Assembly (NCBI GenBank): GCA_024637225.1
Contig: JAGXFP010000074.1
Span: 6,704-70,703, forward strand
Source of the DNA: Desulfobacterales bacterium
Lineage (GTDB): Bacteria; Desulfobacterota; Desulfobulbia; Desulfobulbales; JAGXFP01
DNA length: 64,000 nt
Direction: 5' to 3'
A program made the position numbers and the translations under genes. The notes beneath the pieces are model-generated. The model saw only the letters and a list, made by a program, of their open reading frames with translations, had not been told where the DNA came from and made no database searches. Shown one piece after another: positions 59,347-64,000 of the stretch (position 1 is its first letter; each line of letters starts with the position of its first letter).

Positions 59347-60438
59347 TTATGCCTTGGCCCGGTAGTTGGCATAAACGGCCGAGATTCCGTCCCGCAGACC
59401 GGTCGTCGCCTTCCAGCCCAACTCGTTGATTTTATCCACCGCCAGAAGCTTCCGCATCGTTCCATCGGGTTTGGTTGGATCAAAAGTGAGCTTTCCCCCA
59501 AAACCGACCACATCCTTAACCAGTAAGGCCAACTCCCGGATGGTCAGATCCTCGCCGCAACCGATATTTATAAGCGGTGAGGAGTGAGGCGTAAGGAGTG
59601 AGGAGAATTTGTCGGATGTCAAACCTGCCAGGAAAACCGTGGCATCGGCCATATCGTCGCTGTAGAGAAATTCGCGTCGCGGAGCGCCGGTGCCCCATAG
59701 CACTACTTTGGGTGAGGAGTGAGGGGTGAGGAGTGAGGAGTCTGGGCTGAGACCGATGGCTTCTTTTATATCTAGTGGAATGGTTCCGTTGGTAGCTTCC
59801 TCTATTTGGATCGCTTCTAAATTTTCTTCCATGGCTAATTTGGCGAGGTGAAATTTGCGGATCATCGCAGGCAGGACGTGGGAGTTTTCCAGATCGTAGT
59901 TGTCGCCCGGTCCGTAGAGATTGGTCGGCATCACCGCCAGATATTGGGTGCCGTACTGCCGGTTGTAGGCCCAGCACATCTCGATCCCAGCAATCTTGGC
60001 CACCGCATAGGGCCGGTTGGTCGCTTCCAGCGGCCCGGTCAGGAGATACTCCTCCTTCATGGGCTGGGGGCAGTCGCGGGGATAGATGCAGGAGGAACCC
60101 AGAAACAGCAGGCGTTTGACCCCTGACCGATAAGCTTCATGGATAAGGTTGGTCTGAATGGCCAGGTTCTGGTGGATAAATTCGGCCGGATAGGTGTTAT
60201 TGGCCACGATGCCGCCGACTTTGGCGGCGGCCAGGAAGACATATTCCGGACGCTGCCCGGAGAAAAACTCCCGAACCGCCGCCTGATCGGTCAGATCCAG
60301 CTCCGCATGGCTCCGGGTAATGATCCCCGTATAACCCTTTGCCAGGAGGTTGCGCATCAAGGCGCTGCCCACCAGGCCACGGTGGCCGGCGATGTAAATG
60401 CGGGAGTGAGGAGTGAGGGGTGAGGGGTCAGGAGTCAT
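59347..60438 (-). CDS. fcl: GDP-L-fucose synthase
   Basis: [26 protein letters not shown] and [11 protein letters not shown] motifs. Confidence 0.95.
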   Translation of the reverse strand: MTPDPSPLTPHSRIYIAGHRGLVGSALMRNLLAKGYTGIITRSHAELDLTDQAAVREFFSGQRPEYVFLAAAKVGGIVANNTYPAEFIHQNLAIQTNLIHEAYRSGVKRLLFLGSSCIYPRDCPQPMKEEYLLTGPLEATNRPYAVAKIAGIEMCWAYNRQYGTQYLAVMPTNLYGPGDNYDLENSHVLPAMIRKFHLAKLAMEENLEAIQIEEATNGTIPLDIKEAIGLSPDSSLLTPHSSPKVVLWGTGAPRREFLYSDDMADATVFLAGLTSDKFSSLLTPHSSPLINIGCGEDLTIRELALLVKDVVGFGGKLTFDPTKPDGTMRKLLAVDKINELGWKATTGLRDGISAVYANYRAKA

Positions 60439-60815
60439 TTTTTGTCTATCTCTTTTCTCAAGGAATTTATCAGGCCGGCAAGAAGTCTAAAAACTTTATC
60501 CACTTTATCAAGAAGGATTTTTTTCACGGAAAGATAACCCAAATTATCACTTATTAATATTTGTGTTTCCAATTCGCTTAAAGACCCACGAGCAATCGAG
60601 AGAAATTGCAGGAATTCCTTTTGGCCGGTGCGCCCTGCCCCTTCAGCAATATTACTGGGAATAGAGACGGCGGCGCGGCGCATCTGGCTTGTTAAGGCAT
60701 ATAATTCTTCTTGCGGAAAACGTGCCGTAACCTGATAAATCTCTTGAACCAGCAACATAGCCTCCTTCCAGACAAGCAAATTATGATGTTTTCTCTTCAC
60801 CCATCCCTCACTCAT
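60435..60815 (-). CDS. Four-helix-bundle protein (23S rRNA IVP / Avd-like family)
   Basis: [30 protein letters not shown] and [12 protein letters not shown] motifs. Confidence 0.92.
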   Translation of the reverse strand: MSEGWVKRKHHNLLVWKEAMLLVQEIYQVTARFPQEELYALTSQMRRAAVSIPSNIAEGAGRTGQKEFLQFLSIARGSLSELETQILISDNLGYLSVKKILLDKVDKVFRLLAGLINSLRKEIDKK

Positions 60816-60891
60816 TTACCCTCACCTATCGCAAGTCAAAAGCCTCACTCCTAACCCCTCACTAATCTTTTCCTAATCCCTCACCGCCCTT

Positions 60892-61977
60892 CTATTCATG
60901 ATGATTAAAAACAGCATAACCCTTGCGCTTGACCAGTTCGTCGCGTTCGGCGGCTTTCAGGTCTTCCCGAACCATCTCCGCTACCAGTTCCGGAAAGGTT
61001 ATTTTGGTTGTCCAGCCCAGTTTTTCCCTGGCCTTGCTGGGGTCGCCGAGGAGTGTATCGACCTCGGTGGGCCGAAAATAACGGGGGTCGACCTGGACGA
61101 TGCAGTTGCCCTTGGCGTCATAACCCTTCTCATCAAGCCCTTTGCCTTTCCAGGTAATGGAGAGACCGATTTCATCCGCGGCGGCGTCGACAAAGTCACG
61201 GACGCTGTAATGCTCACCACTGGCGATGACAAAATCATCGGGCTCGTCCTGCTGGAGCATCAGCCACTGCATCTCGACGTAATCCCTGGCATGGCCCCAA
61301 TCGCGTTTCGCATCGAGGTTTCCGAGATAGAGACAATCCTGGAGGCCAAGTTTGATTCTGGACAGGGCCCTGGTAATCTTTCTGGTAACGAAGGTTTCGC
61401 CCCGGACCGGCGACTCATGATTGAAAAGGATGCCGTTGCAGGCATAAATCCCGTAAGCCTCACGATAGTTCACCGTAATCCAGTAGGCATAAATTTTGGC
61501 GACGGCGTAGGGAGAACGCGGATAGAACGGGGTGGTTTCAGTTTGCGGGGTTTCCTGGACCTTGCCGTAAAGTTCCGAGGTCGAGGCCTGATAGAATCTG
61601 GTTTTCTTTTCGAGCCCCAGGATCTTGATGGCCTCAAGCAGGCGCAGAGTGCCCAGGGCATCCGAATTGGCGGTGTACTCCGGCTCTTCAAAGGAAACCG
61701 CTACATGGCTCTGGGCCGCCAGATTGTAAAGTTCGTCGGGTTGAATCGCCTGAATAACCCGGACCAGACTGCTCGAATCGGTCATATCGCCGTAATGCAG
61801 AATAAACTCACGCCCCTTCTCATGGGGATCCTGATAAAGATGGTCTATCCGCTCGGTATTAAAAGATGAGGATCGCCGTTTAAGACCGTGGACTTCATAA
61901 CCCTTTGCCAAGAGGAACTCGGCCAGATATGATCCATCCTGGCCGGTAACCCCGGTAATTAACGCCTTCTTTTTCAT
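60892..61977 (-). CDS. gmd: GDP-mannose 4,6-dehydratase
   Basis: [28 protein letters not shown] and FVTRKI motifs. Confidence 0.96.
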   Translation of the reverse strand: MKKKALITGVTGQDGSYLAEFLLAKGYEVHGLKRRSSSFNTERIDHLYQDPHEKGREFILHYGDMTDSSSLVRVIQAIQPDELYNLAAQSHVAVSFEEPEYTANSDALGTLRLLEAIKILGLEKKTRFYQASTSELYGKVQETPQTETTPFYPRSPYAVAKIYAYWITVNYREAYGIYACNGILFNHESPVRGETFVTRKITRALSRIKLGLQDCLYLGNLDAKRDWGHARDYVEMQWLMLQQDEPDDFVIASGEHYSVRDFVDAAADEIGLSITWKGKGLDEKGYDAKGNCIVQVDPRYFRPTEVDTLLGDPSKAREKLGWTTKITFPELVAEMVREDLKAAERDELVKRKGYAVFNHHE

Positions 61978-62137
61978 TCCTGAATTTCTCCCTCTAGATA
62001 CTTTCTTAAATTATAAACTCAACTTTCTGACTTGATTAATAGCTTTATTTTACCTTGTTTATCGATGCCGAAGCCATGTGTAATACTACGCATCGGCAAA
62101 TAAGGAGCGAGGAATGCCGTAAACAATCCGGGGCAAG

Positions 62138-62282
62138 CTTGATGGCGTCGCAAAAAGGCATAAATTCAGTCATTGCGAGCGCAGCGAAGCAATCGATAAA
62201 CATTTACTAGTTGAAGTACTGGATTGCTTGTCGCTTCGCTCCTCGCAATGACGCGGCAGATCAGTATTGCGAATTCATCAAG
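62138..62282. mobile_element. MITE-like element with family B ends carrying a gtcattgcgag palindrome
   Basis: TIR cttgatggcgtcgcaa / ttgcgaattcatcaag. Confidence 0.75.
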
Positions 62283-62362
62283 TTTATCGGTAACCAATCA
62301 CGAGATAAGCCACCGGGATTGGCCTTGACCATATCCCATCCGGTACCCGTGATCGCTTACTT

Positions 62363-63289
62363 TTATTGTGGCAGATCCTCAGTCTCCAGCCGAAACGGTC
62401 TGGGTGAAAAACCGAGATCGGCTGCCGCCTCGGCATGGGTGAAAACCATATCACGGTTCATCCGCTCCGCCATTTCCGCCGACCAGTGGCGGTATCTCGG
62501 CAACAGCCGCAGGCAGCCCACCGACACGCGGAAAGCCGCCAGGGGGATCATCACCGATCGTCGCCGGCGATGCAGGGCGGCAAAGACACGATCCACCATA
62601 TCCCGGTAAGGCAGGATTTCGCCACCGGAAATGTTATAGGACCGGTTTGCCGCTATAGGATTTCTCAGGGCTGAAACACAGGCGGCAGCGACATCTTCGA
62701 CGTGGATCGGCTGACGCAGTCCTCCGGCTTTGCCGAAGAAAGGGAAAAATCGAAAGCGGCGAATAAAGCGGGCAATCTCACTGACATTCCTGTCGCGGCC
62801 CAAACCGTAAATCAAGGTGGGCCGGAGGATCACCCACTCAACCCCTTTACTTTCTGCCCATGCCTTCAAACGCTCTTCGCCTTCGGCCAGACTTGCGGCA
62901 TCAGCCTTTTCAGCCGGGTCCGATGAGGCGGTCTTGGTGAAGCGGCTGGTTGATGAAAGGGCTACGACTCGACGGACCCCGGCGGCTTCGAGCATCGGAA
63001 AATAATAGGGCAAGACCCGAATTGGGACCAAGCACAGCCATTCCTCAATGGCAGACACTTCTGAAGAGTCGCGCCCGAGTACGGCAAGCCGCCTCCAGCT
63101 CACTCCAGCCTCTGCTTTGGCGACCGGAGCTTTTCTGGAAAAGGCAAACACGTGCCGACCTTGATTAAGCAAAAGCGGGATCAGGCTTTCACCGACCATG
63201 CTTGCCGCGCCGAGCACACCGGCAGCCGTCCCCGCATTCCCATTTTTGCATCCCCAGGGCACCCAAAGGGCATTTGCTTCGCGGCACAT
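62363..63289 (-). CDS. NAD-dependent epimerase/dehydratase family protein
   Basis: GVLGAASMVG, LSSTSRF, LRPTLIYG and RQPIHVED motifs; true start unclear because the upstream part is repeat-derived. Confidence 0.75.
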   Translation of the reverse strand: MCREANALWVPWGCKNGNAGTAAGVLGAASMVGESLIPLLLNQGRHVFAFSRKAPVAKAEAGVSWRRLAVLGRDSSEVSAIEEWLCLVPIRVLPYYFPMLEAAGVRRVVALSSTSRFTKTASSDPAEKADAASLAEGEERLKAWAESKGVEWVILRPTLIYGLGRDRNVSEIARFIRRFRFFPFFGKAGGLRQPIHVEDVAAACVSALRNPIAANRSYNISGGEILPYRDMVDRVFAALHRRRRSVMIPLAAFRVSVGCLRLLPRYRHWSAEMAERMNRDMVFTHAEAAADLGFSPRPFRLETEDLPQ

Positions 63290-63383
63290 AAGTTTCGTTT
63301 GAGCAGACAAGCTGCTCAACTCAGCTTTATACCCATAGGGCATAAGTTTCGTTTGAGTAGACAAGCTGCTCAACTCAGCTTTA
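63287..63383 (-). repeat. Tandem family C units, 54-bp period
   Basis: cataagtttcgtttgag at 63287 and 63341. Confidence 0.85.
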
Positions 63384-63458
63384 ACTTTTTGCGATTTTGT
63401 CAATCTTGAACCTTTTAGCTGCCCAAACTTGCAGCTTTTAGCTTGAAGCTTTTAGCTT

Positions 63459-64000
63459 TCATTCCTCGAGATTCGCGCGCCTTGGATCTGACGAATTTTG
63501 CTTAGCTATCCCATTTTTGAGTTGTTGCGAATTCATCGTATAATGCCCAACTATCAATGATGACGATTTGGCGACTGCTACCAAACCGAAACGGAGCCAG
63601 ACTCCTAAAGCAACCAGACCCATCAGAACTCCGGGATATTGATGCCGGAAAAACTTGCGATAAAAACGCATCATGCCCTTGTGTTTGTGCCACTCGACAA
63701 AAAACGGCCGGGCATGGCTGCAATGGCACTGGTGGTGAAGCACCGGCGCGTCGGGAACGAAAAGGATCTTCCAGCCTCGCTGCCTGAAGCGCATGCACCA
63801 ATCCAGATCTTCACAGTGCAGGAAATATGCCTCGTCCCAGATACCGACATCATCGATCGCCGCCTTCCTCACCAGCATCAGCGCCCCGGAAACAGCTTCA
63901 ACTTCAATGGGAGAATCGGGCAGCGGTTGGGTGTGGAGATGAAAATCGAAAAAGAGCTTTGGCCACCTTTCGGACCAGCGGGACAAACCGAAGGCCCGCA
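63459..64000 (-). CDS. Glycosyltransferase family 2 (WbbL-like), 5' end outside the window
   Basis: VSGALML, DEAYFLHCEDLDWC and HKHKGM motifs. Confidence 0.85.
   Translation of the reverse strand, partial: RAFGLSRWSERWPKLFFDFHLHTQPLPDSPIEVEAVSGALMLVRKAAIDDVGIWDEAYFLHCEDLDWCMRFRQRGWKILFVPDAPVLHHQCHCSHARPFFVEWHKHKGMMRFYRKFFRHQYPGVLMGLVALGVWLRFGLVAVAKSSSLIVGHYTMNSQQLKNGIAKQNSSDPRRANLEE

Noticed and set aside
60435-60815. Diversity-generating retroelement (Avd-like gene)
   Set aside because: No reverse transcriptase and no template/variable repeat pair seen in the window.
63287-63383. Tandem 54-bp repeats as a CRISPR array
   Set aside because: No unique spacers, only two units, no cas genes; it is the dispersed family C repeat.

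Overview
GC-rich bacterial chromosome segment. Gene content suggests an anaerobic deltaproteobacterium, Desulfobulbales-like (inference only). From left to right: (1) an NHEJ locus (ku, ligD) with DUF72 and PilZ genes; (2) a minus-strand lipid cluster, fabF-acp-two CrtI-like FAD oxidoreductases-fabI-oleA-oleB-oleC-oleD (long-chain olefin synthesis beside its own type II FAS module); (3) an O-antigen-like polysaccharide cluster (pglF/wbpM to wzx) whose 5' end has decayed; (4) two paralogous beta-barrel genes, a WecA with a PilZ-like tail, an orphan cooC, and ftsEX-envC-ctpA; (5) a second, capsule/EPS cluster (wza-wzb-wzc, gmd-fcl, galE, GT11, wzy, wzx) containing a HEPN-MNT toxin-antitoxin pair and a four-helix-bundle gene. 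Most intergenic gaps hold small repeats: several MITE-like families, CGTC-type palindromes, a 54-bp unit, and strand-polarised heptamer arrays. The strongest candidates for something new are: (a) the four-helix-bundle gene bracketed by inverted heptamer arrays, with related arrays starting at stop codons across the window and inserted in frame into fcl; (b) a covarying AAG-GC...AAC-GC stem module shared by three otherwise unrelated repeat families; (c) a possibly pfa-independent FAS II plus CrtI-like route feeding OleABCD. All calls come from reading motifs by eye; no searches were run.
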